A stretch of 64,000 bases of DNA from Prochlorococcus sp. AG-347-J20. GTDB lineage: Bacteria > Cyanobacteriota > Cyanobacteriia > PCC-6307 > Cyanobiaceae. The notes under the pieces were generated by a model, which saw nothing but the letters and a program-made list of their open reading frames with translations, had not been told where the DNA came from and ran no database searches. Positions 11,532 through 21,555 of this stretch are shown here, piece after piece. The stretch spans positions 2,925 to 66,924 of the forward strand of contig QCBW01000008.1 in NCBI GenBank assembly GCA_003281485.1, in the 5' to 3' direction. The translations under genes were made by a program, and so were the position numbers. How positions within the stretch are numbered: position 1 is the stretch's first letter; every line of letters starts with the position of its first letter.

Positions 11532-12206
11532 ATGAATCTTAAAAATAAATCGATAGTAGTTTTATTATCTGGGGGCTTAGATTCTTCTACAGTTACTGGT
11601 ATCGCAAAAAAGTCCGAAGCTAAAATTTTTGGCCTTGCATTTGACTACGGTCAACGTCATAAAAAAGAATTAAATTCTGCATCAATAATTGCAAAACACT
11701 TTGATATCGAAGAATTTAAAATCATTAATCTTGACTTATCTTTATGGGGAGGCTCGTCATTAACTGATACTCAAAAAAATATTCCGATAGAAGGAGTACA
11801 AACTAATAAAATTCCTAATACTTATGTTCCTGGGAGAAATACTATATTTATTTCCGTTGCACTAAGTTATGCCGAAGCAATAGAGGCAGATTTCATTGGA
11901 TTAGGAGTAAATGCACTTGATTATTCTGGTTATCCAGATTGCAGACCTGATTACATTAAAAAATTTCAAGAATTAGCATACTTAGCCAATAAAAGAGGAA
12001 GAGAAAATAATCCAATAAAACTTTGGACGCCTCTATTAGATTTAAATAAAGAAGAAATTATTAAATTAGCTTTTGCTAATGATGTCCCTTTAGATAAAAC
12101 ATGGAGTTGTTATTCGGGCAATTCAAAACCATGCGGTAAGTGTGATAGCTGCAGAATTAGAAATGCCGCTTATAAAAAATGGCTTAATAACAATAATAAA
12201 AAATGA
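11532..12206 (+). CDS. queC: 7-cyano-7-deazaguanine (preQ0) synthase
   Basis: PP-loop SGGLDSS and a C-terminal Zn-binding Cys cluster CYSGNSKPCGKCDSCRIR. Confidence 0.93.
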   Translation: MNLKNKSIVVLLSGGLDSSTVTGIAKKSEAKIFGLAFDYGQRHKKELNSASIIAKHFDIEEFKIINLDLSLWGGSSLTDTQKNIPIEGVQTNKIPNTYVPGRNTIFISVALSYAEAIEADFIGLGVNALDYSGYPDCRPDYIKKFQELAYLANKRGRENNPIKLWTPLLDLNKEEIIKLAFANDVPLDKTWSCYSGNSKPCGKCDSCRIRNAAYKKWLNNNNKK

Positions 12207-13519
12207 AAATAAAAAAAATAATTCTAGAAAAATGGATAGATCCAGTACTGATTACGCATCATCTAACAAAAAAATTTGGAGATAAAGGATTAGCTTGGCT
12301 AGACAGTGATGGCAAAGAAAATGGTGAATGGTCAATAATTGGAATTAAACCTAAAAAAATCATCCAGTCAAGAGATATCAATAACTTAGACAAAACTAAT
12401 AATCCATTTAACAATTTAAAAAATATTGAAAAAGGATTTTGGATCGGATGGTTAAGTTATGAAGCTGGAGTATACATAGAACCAAAAAACCCATGGCGAA
12501 AATCTAATATGGCAACTTTATGGATTGCATCATATGATCCAATCATTAAATGTAATCTAATAAAAAAAGAAATAATTATCGAAGGCACAAACTCATCCGA
12601 AGTGATGAATTATAAAAACATAATCAGAAATATAAAGAATATTGAAGAAGAAAATATTATTAAAACAAATTTGAATTTTGATTTTTCAAAAATAAATTTG
12701 GACGCAATGACTGAAAAATTTCAGCAAAATACTCTAGAACTGAAAAAATTAATTTCCATAGGGGATATATTTCAAGCAAACTTAACAACTAAATGCGAAA
12801 TTGAATCTTCCAAAAACTATAATCCTTTAGATATTTATTTAAAAATAAGAAGAAAATTAAGAGCCCCCTTTGGAGGAATAATAATAAATAATGATAATAA
12901 TAAAGAAGCTGTATTATCTACCTCACCAGAAAGATTTATAAAAATAGATAATAAAAATTTTGTAGAATCAAGACCTATCAAAGGAACTAGATCCAGAGAT
13001 AAAGATTTGAATCAAGACGCACTTAATGCTATCGATTTAATAACGAACGAAAAAGATAGAGCAGAAAATATTATGATTGTTGACCTAATAAGAAATGATT
13101 TAAGTAAAGTTTGCGAAACAGGAAGTATTATGGTGCCAGAAATATTAAAACTTGAAAGTTTCTTAAAAGTTCATCATCTAACTTCAGTAATCAAAGGCAA
13201 ATTAAAAAAAGACAAGGACTGGATTGATCTACTAAAAGCTTGTTGGCCCGGGGGCTCTATAACTGGAGCACCTAAATTGAGATCATGCCAGAGACTTTTC
13301 GAATTAGAAGAATGTGAACGCGGACCATACTGCGGCTCATTTTTGAAGCTTGACTGGAATGGAGAGTTTGACAGCAATATACTAATAAGATCATTTTTAA
13401 TAAAGGACAAAAAAATCAATATATATGCTGGTTGTGGAATAGTTATTGACTCAAACCCTGAAGAGGAAACTAATGAACTAAAGTGGAAACTTTTACCGTT
13501 AATTGATTCACTAAAATGA
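12203..13519 (+). CDS. pabB: Aminodeoxychorismate synthase component I (chorismate-binding enzyme)
   Basis: Chorismate-binding C-terminal domain with PGGSITGAPK and ERGPYCGS motifs. Assigned to PabB rather than TrpE by its ATGA coupling to a class IV aminotransferase-fold gene. Confidence 0.8.
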   Translation: MKIKKIILEKWIDPVLITHHLTKKFGDKGLAWLDSDGKENGEWSIIGIKPKKIIQSRDINNLDKTNNPFNNLKNIEKGFWIGWLSYEAGVYIEPKNPWRKSNMATLWIASYDPIIKCNLIKKEIIIEGTNSSEVMNYKNIIRNIKNIEEENIIKTNLNFDFSKINLDAMTEKFQQNTLELKKLISIGDIFQANLTTKCEIESSKNYNPLDIYLKIRRKLRAPFGGIIINNDNNKEAVLSTSPERFIKIDNKNFVESRPIKGTRSRDKDLNQDALNAIDLITNEKDRAENIMIVDLIRNDLSKVCETGSIMVPEILKLESFLKVHHLTSVIKGKLKKDKDWIDLLKACWPGGSITGAPKLRSCQRLFELEECERGPYCGSFLKLDWNGEFDSNILIRSFLIKDKKINIYAGCGIVIDSNPEEETNELKWKLLPLIDSLK

Positions 13520-14343
13520 TTGAAACATTAGGCTGGCACAAGGATCAATGGTTGGATATTGATAGAATATTTATTGCTGCTAATGATAGAGGATTAAAAT
13601 TTGCTGATGGTATATTTGAAACCATTTTGATAAAAGAAAACAAACCTATTCTTTTTGATGAACATCTGAAAAGATTAGAAAAAAGTAGCAAGATTTTAAA
13701 TATTAATCTGAAAATAAATAAATTAACTTTGAGACAACTAATTCACGATGGAATTAGAAAGTTATCACTTAAAAATGATCAATTTGCTTCAGTAAGAATA
13801 AACTGTAGTCGAGGAACTAATAAAGGTCGAACACTCGCAATTGATAGCACTTCAGAAACAAAAGATTTGGATAATTTATGGCTTGAGTTCTATATAATCA
13901 AACCAAATTTTAATCCAATAAGCGTTTGCATTAGTCAAACAGAAAAAATAAATGAATTCAGTCTTATAAGTAAATGCAAAACATTTTCATATAATCAGGC
14001 AATACAAGTTTTGACAGAAGCTCATGAAAAATCATTTGATGATTCTATCCTTTTGAATACATCAGGTGAACTTTGTTGTGGAAGTACATTTAATCTTCTA
14101 ATAAAAAGAAATAATCAATGGATAACTCCTAGAAAAGAGAGCGGCTGTTTAGAGGGAGTTATGGTTTCTAAAGCTTTAAAATTGAAAATTGTAAAAGAAG
14201 AATTAATTCCTCCAGAATTTCAAAATGATGACATAATAGTTGCAATTAATAGCTTATCTTGCAGACAAATTAATCAAGTTAATGATTTAAAGCTTAAACC
14301 TAAATTCGATCCAATTTACTTTTGGGACTTATTATATAGTTGA
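13516..14343 (+). CDS. pabC: Aminodeoxychorismate lyase (class IV aminotransferase fold)
   Basis: 275 aa. N-terminal DRGLKFADGIFET pattern of fold-type IV PLP enzymes. Translationally coupled to pabB. Confidence 0.7.
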   Translation: MIETLGWHKDQWLDIDRIFIAANDRGLKFADGIFETILIKENKPILFDEHLKRLEKSSKILNINLKINKLTLRQLIHDGIRKLSLKNDQFASVRINCSRGTNKGRTLAIDSTSETKDLDNLWLEFYIIKPNFNPISVCISQTEKINEFSLISKCKTFSYNQAIQVLTEAHEKSFDDSILLNTSGELCCGSTFNLLIKRNNQWITPRKESGCLEGVMVSKALKLKIVKEELIPPEFQNDDIIVAINSLSCRQINQVNDLKLKPKFDPIYFWDLLYS

Positions 14344-15137
14344 ACTTTATTAATATCTGGTAAATAGACATCAGATACTTTAGTTATATTGTTATTAACC
14401 TTAAATTCAACAATTTTTCCAATAATGATTATTGATGGAGCTGAAAATTCTTTATCCTTAATTTTATCTGGAAGATTATCTAATTTCTCTATCAAACATT
14501 TTTGATTTTTTAAAGTAGCTTCTTGAATAACAGCGCATTTAGTATTCTTATCTAAACCACCTAGAATTAATTCTTCAACAATAAATTCAATATTTTTTAT
14601 ACCCATAAAAATTACTAAGCTATCTGATGATTTAGCTAAATCTCTCCAATTCACTGTCCTTTTTTCCTTATCTACACGCTCATGTCCAGTGACGAAAGTT
14701 ACGGAACTCGCAGCATCTCTATGAGTTAGTGGAATACCAAAATATGTGGGGGCAGCTATCCCAGAAGTAATACCAGGAACGATTTCTACTGAAATTCCAT
14801 TTTTTTCTAAAATGGAGACCTCTTCACCACCTCTTGAAAAAACGAATGGATCTCCTCCTTTAAGCCTTACAACGTTTTTGCCTTCTCTTGCTAATTTCAA
14901 AATAAGAGCATTAGTTTCAGCCTGTGGTACAGAACACTTTCCAGCTCTTTTACCTACATGGTAAATTTCTGTGTTTTTTCCTGCCTCTTTGGTTATTTCA
15001 TCTGGAATTAAAGCATCATGAACTAATGCATCACAATTTTTTATTAGACGTAAAGCTTTAAGAGTTAAAAGCTCAGGGTCACCAGGACCTGCTCCAACTA
15101 AATAAACAATACCAGGCACATTAATCTCCATTAACAA
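14316..15137 (-). CDS. cobA: Uroporphyrinogen-III C-methyltransferase
   Basis: VYLVGAGPGDPELLTLKA and VRLKGGDPFVF motifs of the tetrapyrrole methylase family. Its 3' end overlaps pabC by 28 nt. Confidence 0.88.
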   Translation of the reverse strand: MLMEINVPGIVYLVGAGPGDPELLTLKALRLIKNCDALVHDALIPDEITKEAGKNTEIYHVGKRAGKCSVPQAETNALILKLAREGKNVVRLKGGDPFVFSRGGEEVSILEKNGISVEIVPGITSGIAAPTYFGIPLTHRDAASSVTFVTGHERVDKEKRTVNWRDLAKSSDSLVIFMGIKNIEFIVEELILGGLDKNTKCAVIQEATLKNQKCLIEKLDNLPDKIKDKEFSAPSIIIIGKIVEFKVNNNITKVSDVYLPDINKVQLYNKSQK

Positions 15138-15161
15138 GTATGGTAGTAGAAGACAGTTGCA

Positions 15162-16445
15162 ATGAAGGTAAATATTTTGAAAAAAAGTTTATTGAAATCA
15201 AACAAAAAATTTACTCTCCTTAGTGCTTTTGTCACCCTTCTAAATGATCGATTAAGTGAGAGTATACTCTTGCCCATTTTACCCTCTTTTGTTTTACTTT
15301 TTGACTCTAAAGCTAGTACATATGGCTTATTGTCATGCACTTACCAACTAGCGCAATTTACAGCTTCCCCTTTTATTGGACTTATGAGTGATAGATACGG
15401 CAGAAGACCTGTCACCCTTTTTTGTATAACAGGCTCAATAATTGGAATATCAATATTATCGTTTACTGTTCTTTTTAATTGGTCAAATTCAATAGCTACT
15501 ATCCCATTATTTTTATTATTCTTAGCAAGACTAATTGACGGCTTAAGTGGAGGAACTGCAGCCACTGCAACAACTATTCTTGCAGATATTTCAAGCCCTG
15601 AAAAAAGAGCAAAAACCTTTGGACTAATTGGTGTAGCCTTTGGTTTAAGTTTCTTCTTAGGTAATATTTTTGTTGTAATTTTTGCAAAAAATACAAATAA
15701 TAATTTTATTATTCCAGTTTTAATAGCCTCAATAATCCCAATAATAAATTTCCTTCTGGTATTTTTTTACTTACCAGAAACGAAACCTAATAGCTACTCA
15801 AATATATCAAAAAATATTTTAAAAAACCCTTTAAAAGAGCTATTTACAGTTTTTAAAGAAGAAAAGATTAAAAAATTATCATTAGCTTTTTTTATTTACT
15901 TTATAGCTTTTACTGGATTAACCAATATCTTAATATTTTTTCTGCAAGAATCTTTAAACTGGACGACCAAAGCATCAAGTGGAACTCTTGTTGTAGTAGG
16001 AGTCATTGCAATTGTCGTTCAGGGAGGCCTAATTGGGCCTCTGGTAAAGCAGTTTGGCGAAATGCGATTAACACTTTTCGGATCAGGCTTTATTCTCGTG
16101 GCATGTGCACTTTTAATAACTGTGCCAAAAGACAATGCGACAATAAATATTTATTCAGCTGTTTCATTTTTGGCCGTTGGAGCGGGATTAATTACGCCTA
16201 CCTTAAGAGCATTAATATCAAAAAAATTAAACGTTGATAAACAAGGATCAATTCTTAGTAATCTTCAAGGTCTACAAAGTCTTGGAGGAGTTTTAGGAAT
16301 TGCAATGGCCGGGAAGGTTTATGATAGCTTTGGTCCAAAAGCACCTTTCATAGCTGGTTCCGTTATCTTACTTTTCATGATATACCTTATTGCAGAGGGT
16401 AAAAATAATAATTCTTTTAACAATCAAAAACCAAATGTAATTTAA
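15162..16445 (+). CDS. MFS transporter (drug/H+ antiporter-like)
   Basis: 427 aa, about 12 predicted hydrophobic helices, and MFS motif A GLMSDRYGRRP. Confidence 0.8.
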   Translation: MKVNILKKSLLKSNKKFTLLSAFVTLLNDRLSESILLPILPSFVLLFDSKASTYGLLSCTYQLAQFTASPFIGLMSDRYGRRPVTLFCITGSIIGISILSFTVLFNWSNSIATIPLFLLFLARLIDGLSGGTAATATTILADISSPEKRAKTFGLIGVAFGLSFFLGNIFVVIFAKNTNNNFIIPVLIASIIPIINFLLVFFYLPETKPNSYSNISKNILKNPLKELFTVFKEEKIKKLSLAFFIYFIAFTGLTNILIFFLQESLNWTTKASSGTLVVVGVIAIVVQGGLIGPLVKQFGEMRLTLFGSGFILVACALLITVPKDNATINIYSAVSFLAVGAGLITPTLRALISKKLNVDKQGSILSNLQGLQSLGGVLGIAMAGKVYDSFGPKAPFIAGSVILLFMIYLIAEGKNNNSFNNQKPNVI

Positions 16446-18523
16446 TGAAAAGCCAAGCTGATGTTTTTATTAATAGAGAATTAAGTTGGATTGAATTCAA
16501 TAAAAGAGTACTCCTAACCGGTATGGAAAAAGAGTACAAAATCCTAGATAAAGTAAAATTTTTTTCAATTTTTAGCAATAATCTTGATGAATTTTTTATG
16601 GTAAGGGTAGCTTCGTTAAAGGCTCAAGTTGAAGCAGGAATCACTAAAAAAAGTATTGACGGACTTACCCCTAAAGAGCAATTAACAAATATCAACAAAG
16701 AAGTAAAAAAATTAACTACTCTTCAAGAAAGTTATGTAAATAATGAATTAAATAACGAATTAAATAAACAGGGTGTTATTTTAAAAAAATATAAGAATCT
16801 AAGTGAAAATCAAAGAAATTGGTGTAATAACTTCTTTAATTCATCTATTTTCCCTTTATTAACTCCATTAGTTGTTGATCCAGCACATCCATTCCCTTTT
16901 ATAAGTAATTTAAGTCTAAACTTAGCAGCTTTAATAAAGGATGGGGAAGATTCTAAAGATCAGTTTGTCAGAGTAAAAATACCCACAAAAAATATAAATC
17001 GATTTATACAAATTCCCAATGAAATTATGCAAAATAATGACTTAAGTTCTCACTTTTTTATAAGTGTTGAAGATGTAATTGGGAATAATATAAATACTCT
17101 ATTTAACGAAATGGAATGTATAAATTACTCTTTTTTTAGAGTGACAAGAGATGCAGATTTGGAGCTAAAAGAACTTGAAGCTGATGATCTTCTTTTAGCA
17201 GTTGAACAGAGTTTGCAAAAAAGAAGATTAGGTGGAGACGTGGTTAGATTAGAAGTTGATTCAGATATGCCAGAAAACATCCTAAAATTACTTAAAGAAA
17301 GTATCTCAATACAAGAAGAATACATATACTATTGCCAAAGTTTATTAGGACTAGACGATTTAAATCAGCTGACAAAAATTAACAGAGATGATTTAAAAGA
17401 AAATTTACTAATTGGGAAAACTCATCCACATCTAAAACATTTAGATTTGCCATCAAGCAATAACCTCAATTCTATTTTCAAGATACTTAGAAAAAAAAAT
17501 ATTCTGCTTCATCATCCGTACGACTTATTCAAAACTTCAGTAGAGGAATTTATAAACAGAGCAGCTGATGATCCACTTGTCATGGCAATTAAGATTACTT
17601 TATATCGAGTTTCCAAGGATTCTCCTATCATTGCTGCTTTAATGAGAGCTGCAGAAAATGGGAAAGAAGTAATGACTCTTGTTGAACTAAAAGCAAGATT
17701 TGATGAAGACAATAATATTCAATGGGCAAAACAACTTGAACAAGCTGGAATACATGTTGTGTATGGAATCATAGGATTTAAAACACATACAAAAATAGCT
17801 TTAGTAGTTAGAAAAGAAAAAGGACGATTAAGAAATTATTTTCATATTGGAACAGGAAATTATAATTCCAATACTTCAAGGTTTTATACAGATTTAGGAT
17901 TACTATCAACAGATCCTGATATTGCATCAGATTTACTCGAGTTATTTAATTACTTATCAGGTTTTTCTAAGCAAAAACCTTTTCAAAAATTGTTAGTTTC
18001 TCCTTCATCGATGAGAGATAAATTTATATTGCTCATCAAGAGAGAAATTAAAAATGCAAATGAAGGTAAAAAAGCTGAGATAATTGCAAAAATGAATTCT
18101 CTAGTTGACCCAGAAATAATCAAACTTCTTTATTTAGCTTCTGAAGCAGGTGTAAAAATAAGACTAATCATAAGAGGTATTTGCTGCTTATATCCACAAA
18201 GAAAAAATTTAAGTGAGAATATTAAAGTCATAAGTATTATTGGACATTTCCTTGAACACTCAAGAATTTTTTGGTTTTACAATAATAATAATCCTGAAGT
18301 TTTTATTGGGAGTGCAGATTGGATGAGAAGAAACCTTGATAGAAGAATAGAGGCTGTTACTCCAATAGAAGATTCTGAATTAAAATCTCAAATAAAATTA
18401 CTTTTGGAGACATATATTAAAGATGATTACTTTTCTTGGATAATGAAAGAGGATGGTTCTTACACAAAACACGCATTAGATTCAGCGGTCAATCGGTCAC
18501 AAATTGATCTCATAGAAAAATAA
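16445..18523 (+). CDS. ppk: Polyphosphate kinase 1
   Basis: 692 aa. N-terminal FINRELSWIEFNKRVL, a phospho-His region THTKIALVVR and two PLD-like C-terminal domains. TAATG overlap with the MFS gene. Confidence 0.95.
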   Translation: MKSQADVFINRELSWIEFNKRVLLTGMEKEYKILDKVKFFSIFSNNLDEFFMVRVASLKAQVEAGITKKSIDGLTPKEQLTNINKEVKKLTTLQESYVNNELNNELNKQGVILKKYKNLSENQRNWCNNFFNSSIFPLLTPLVVDPAHPFPFISNLSLNLAALIKDGEDSKDQFVRVKIPTKNINRFIQIPNEIMQNNDLSSHFFISVEDVIGNNINTLFNEMECINYSFFRVTRDADLELKELEADDLLLAVEQSLQKRRLGGDVVRLEVDSDMPENILKLLKESISIQEEYIYYCQSLLGLDDLNQLTKINRDDLKENLLIGKTHPHLKHLDLPSSNNLNSIFKILRKKNILLHHPYDLFKTSVEEFINRAADDPLVMAIKITLYRVSKDSPIIAALMRAAENGKEVMTLVELKARFDEDNNIQWAKQLEQAGIHVVYGIIGFKTHTKIALVVRKEKGRLRNYFHIGTGNYNSNTSRFYTDLGLLSTDPDIASDLLELFNYLSGFSKQKPFQKLLVSPSSMRDKFILLIKREIKNANEGKKAEIIAKMNSLVDPEIIKLLYLASEAGVKIRLIIRGICCLYPQRKNLSENIKVISIIGHFLEHSRIFWFYNNNNPEVFIGSADWMRRNLDRRIEAVTPIEDSELKSQIKLLLETYIKDDYFSWIMKEDGSYTKHALDSAVNRSQIDLIEK

Positions 18524-18728
18524 AAAAAATTTTAAAATATTAAGAATTTTATTAAATGTTATAAAAATCAATATTTTTTTTATTTTTCTAAAACCCTTTC
18601 ATTTCAAACGATCTCAAGAAATTAGGTTAAAAAAATCTTTTTTTGTCTTTAAAGTTTCAACGTAAATATAGTTTTTATTTCAATTTCAGTGCTAGCTTTT
18701 TAAAAAATCCATTATTTAGGAGGCCAGG

Positions 18729-19751
18729 GTGATGGGGATCCCTCTGGAATCTGCAAAGAGCTCTTCAGATAGTAATTTTGATGAGCCAAGATTACCAAAC
18801 ACTGCGGGCAAATCTCGCAAAACAAAATCCAGTTTAACTTCAAAACAAAGCCAAAAAAAATCTGGCAGACTTGCTTCAGATTCTATAGGCTATTACTTAA
18901 GTAGCATTGGTAGAGTTCCTCTTTTGACTCCAGCAGAGGAAATAGAGTTAGCTCATCATGTTCAAAACATGAAAAAATTGCTAGAAATTCCTGCAGGTGA
19001 TAGAACTAACAGGAATCTTCATCAAATTAAAATTGGCAAAAGAGCTAGAGATAGAATGATGGCAGCTAATCTTAGGCTTGTTGTATCTGTAGCAAAAAAA
19101 TATCAAAACCAAGGTCTTGAATTATTAGATCTTGTGCAAGAAGGGGCCATAGGCTTAGAGAGAGCTGTTGATAAGTTTGATCCTGCTATGGGTTATAAAT
19201 TCTCAACTTATGCTTATTGGTGGATAAGGCAAGGGATGACAAGGGCAATTGATAATAGTGCAAGAACAATCCGTTTACCTATTCACATAAGTGAAAAACT
19301 ATCCAAAATGAGGAAAGTTTCTAGAGAATTATCACATAAATTTGGTAGACAACCTACGAGATTAGAAATGGCCACTGAGATGGGTATTGATCAAAAAGAT
19401 TTAGAAGATTTAATTTCTCAAAGTGCTCCGTGCGCCTCTCTTGATGCTCATGCTAGAGGCGAAGAAGATCGAAGCACTCTTGGGGAACTAATACCCGATC
19501 CAAACTGTGAAGAGCCTATGGAGGGAATGGATAGAACTATTCAAAAAGAACATTTAGGAACTTGGCTTTCTCAATTAAATGAAAGAGAACAAAAAATAAT
19601 GAGACTTAGGTTTGGCTTAGATGGTGAGGAACCATTAACATTAGCAGAAATAGGGAGACAAATTAATGTTTCACGAGAAAGAGTAAGGCAGTTAGAAGCT
19701 AAAGCAATATTGAAACTTAGAGTAATGACAACTCATCAAAAAGCAGCTTAG
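18729..19751 (+). CDS. RpoD-family (group 1/2) sigma-70 factor
   Basis: Region 1.2 (DSIGYYLSSIGRVPLLT), region 2 (ANLRLVVSVAKKY; YWWIRQGMTRAI) and region 4.2 HTH (TLAEIGRQINVSRERVRQLEAKA). The start is either GTG 18729 or ATG 18732, preceded by AGGAGG at 18718..18723. Confidence 0.92.
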   Translation: MMGIPLESAKSSSDSNFDEPRLPNTAGKSRKTKSSLTSKQSQKKSGRLASDSIGYYLSSIGRVPLLTPAEEIELAHHVQNMKKLLEIPAGDRTNRNLHQIKIGKRARDRMMAANLRLVVSVAKKYQNQGLELLDLVQEGAIGLERAVDKFDPAMGYKFSTYAYWWIRQGMTRAIDNSARTIRLPIHISEKLSKMRKVSRELSHKFGRQPTRLEMATEMGIDQKDLEDLISQSAPCASLDAHARGEEDRSTLGELIPDPNCEEPMEGMDRTIQKEHLGTWLSQLNEREQKIMRLRFGLDGEEPLTLAEIGRQINVSRERVRQLEAKAILKLRVMTTHQKAA

Positions 19752-19756
19752 TCAAA

Positions 19757-20398
19757 TTGGTAAAATATTTTTTAATTTTATTATATTTATCTTCAGTTTT
19801 TTTTATATCGATAATTCTTAAAAAATTTAATAGAATTAGCAAAGAACTTCCCAGAAAAATAATACATATTGGAATAGGACCTTTAATACCAATCGCACAA
19901 TTTTTAGAAATTAATAAAAATTCAGCTCTTGTTTTTACAGGAATTGTTTCATTGATGGTAATCATCAATTACGCCTATAAATTATTTCCATCTATTGAAG
20001 ATGTTGAAAGAAAAAGTTATGGCACCTTATTTTATTGTCTAAGTTTATTTATTTTAATTTTTCTTTTCTGGGATAAAGATCCATATGCATTAATTACTGG
20101 TTTTTTTATAATGTCTTTTGGTGATGGATTAGCTGGTTTAATCGGCAAAAGTTTCAACTCAAAGAGTTGGATTTTTTTTAAACAAAAAAAATCTTTTTTT
20201 GGTACCTCTACAATGCTTTTAATAAGCTTAATAGTAGTTTCTTCAGTAGGATATGCCCAACAAAATAGTTTGAATTTAAATTATTTTACGATAGCTTTTT
20301 TAGCCACTGTTCTAGAGCAATTTAGTGTTTTAGGGATAGATAACTTATTGGTACCAATAACATCATCATTATGTTTTAATTTTTTTGTAACTAATTAA
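19757..20398 (+). CDS. Polyprenol/phytol kinase-like integral membrane protein (CTP-dependent kinase / cytidylyltransferase family)
   Basis: 213 aa and multi-pass hydrophobic. PRKIIHIG and SFGDGLAGLIG motifs resemble the VTE5/dolichol-kinase family. The TTG start is inferred from the ORF track and is uncertain. Confidence 0.6.
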   Translation: MVKYFLILLYLSSVFFISIILKKFNRISKELPRKIIHIGIGPLIPIAQFLEINKNSALVFTGIVSLMVIINYAYKLFPSIEDVERKSYGTLFYCLSLFILIFLFWDKDPYALITGFFIMSFGDGLAGLIGKSFNSKSWIFFKQKKSFFGTSTMLLISLIVVSSVGYAQQNSLNLNYFTIAFLATVLEQFSVLGIDNLLVPITSSLCFNFFVTN

Positions 20399-21458
20399 CT
20401 GAGCTATACAAAATAGCAAGTAATTCTTTTGTGGTTTCTATATCTATACATGCATCTGTAATGCTTCTGCCAAAGTCAAGATCATTTTTCTTTAAAAGTT
20501 TTTGATTTCCTGCCTTCAAATGACTTTCAAGCATAACTCCTAAAATATTTTTTTCTCCATTTCTTATTTGTGAAGCTACATTTTGCAGGACTTCGGACTG
20601 TTTTCGGAAGTCTTTATTAGAATTTCCGTGACTACAATCAATCATCACTTTATGAGGAAGACTACATTGCTTTAATTCAGTTGAAATTCTTTGAACATGC
20701 TGATTTTCAAAATTTGGGCCTTTTGAACCTCCTCTTAGAACTATATGGCCATCAGGATTACCTGTAGTATTAACAATAGAAGCCATTCCATTAGAATTTA
20801 CACCCAAGAAATGATGTGACTTTGCAGCAGACTTCATTGCATTGATTGCAGTGGTAAAGGAACCATCCGTTCCATTTTTAAAACCTATAGGCATTGATAA
20901 ACCTGAGGCCATTTCCCTATGAGTTTGACTTTCAGTAGTCCTAGCCCCTATGGCGGTCCAACTTATCAAATCAGCAATATATTGGGGAACAATTGGATCT
21001 AATAACTCTGTAGCAGAAGGTATTCCACGCGTGGCAAGATATGAGAGCAAACTTCTTGCCCTTCTTAAACCAGTATTAATATCATAAGAATTATCCAAAT
21101 GAGGATCATTTATAAGCCCCTTCCAGCCAATAGTTGTTCTTGGTTTCTCAAAATAAACTCTCATGATTATTTCTAATTTATCTTTATAAATTTCTCGAAA
21201 GTTTTGAATGTATTTTGAATATTCCTTTGCTGCATCTAGATCATGAATTGAACATGGGCCAACAATTACTAAAAGCTTCTTATCATCATTATGCAAAATA
21301 TTTTGTATAGATCTTCTCGTTTTAGATACCGTATTAGCAGAGGTATAATCTAAAGGTATATCATTATGTAATCTGCTTGGAGGTATTAATGGACGTGTTT
21401 CAACAACATGTAAATCTGATGTCTTTTCTAAAGCTGAATTATTTGATGATGTCGTCAT
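20391..21458 (-). CDS. aroG: 3-deoxy-D-arabino-heptulosonate-7-phosphate synthase, class I
   Basis: 355 aa. IVGPCSIHD, KPRTTIGWKGL and GARTTESQTHRE motifs of the AroF/G/H type. Confidence 0.93.
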   Translation of the reverse strand: MTTSSNNSALEKTSDLHVVETRPLIPPSRLHNDIPLDYTSANTVSKTRRSIQNILHNDDKKLLVIVGPCSIHDLDAAKEYSKYIQNFREIYKDKLEIIMRVYFEKPRTTIGWKGLINDPHLDNSYDINTGLRRARSLLSYLATRGIPSATELLDPIVPQYIADLISWTAIGARTTESQTHREMASGLSMPIGFKNGTDGSFTTAINAMKSAAKSHHFLGVNSNGMASIVNTTGNPDGHIVLRGGSKGPNFENQHVQRISTELKQCSLPHKVMIDCSHGNSNKDFRKQSEVLQNVASQIRNGEKNILGVMLESHLKAGNQKLLKKNDLDFGRSITDACIDIETTKELLAILYSSVN

Positions 21459-21555
21459 TGATTAATTAAGAAGTTTGAATATTTAAAAAAGCATTTATGA
21501 ATACTCTCCTATTCAATATTAAAAATAACAATAGATTAAGCATTAAACCTTACTA

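Noticed and set aside
15131-15340. 69-aa minus-strand ORF spanning the cobA/MFS divergent junction
   Set aside because: It overlaps the start of the MFS transporter CDS and the cobA start. It has no motif support and is probably a shadow ORF.
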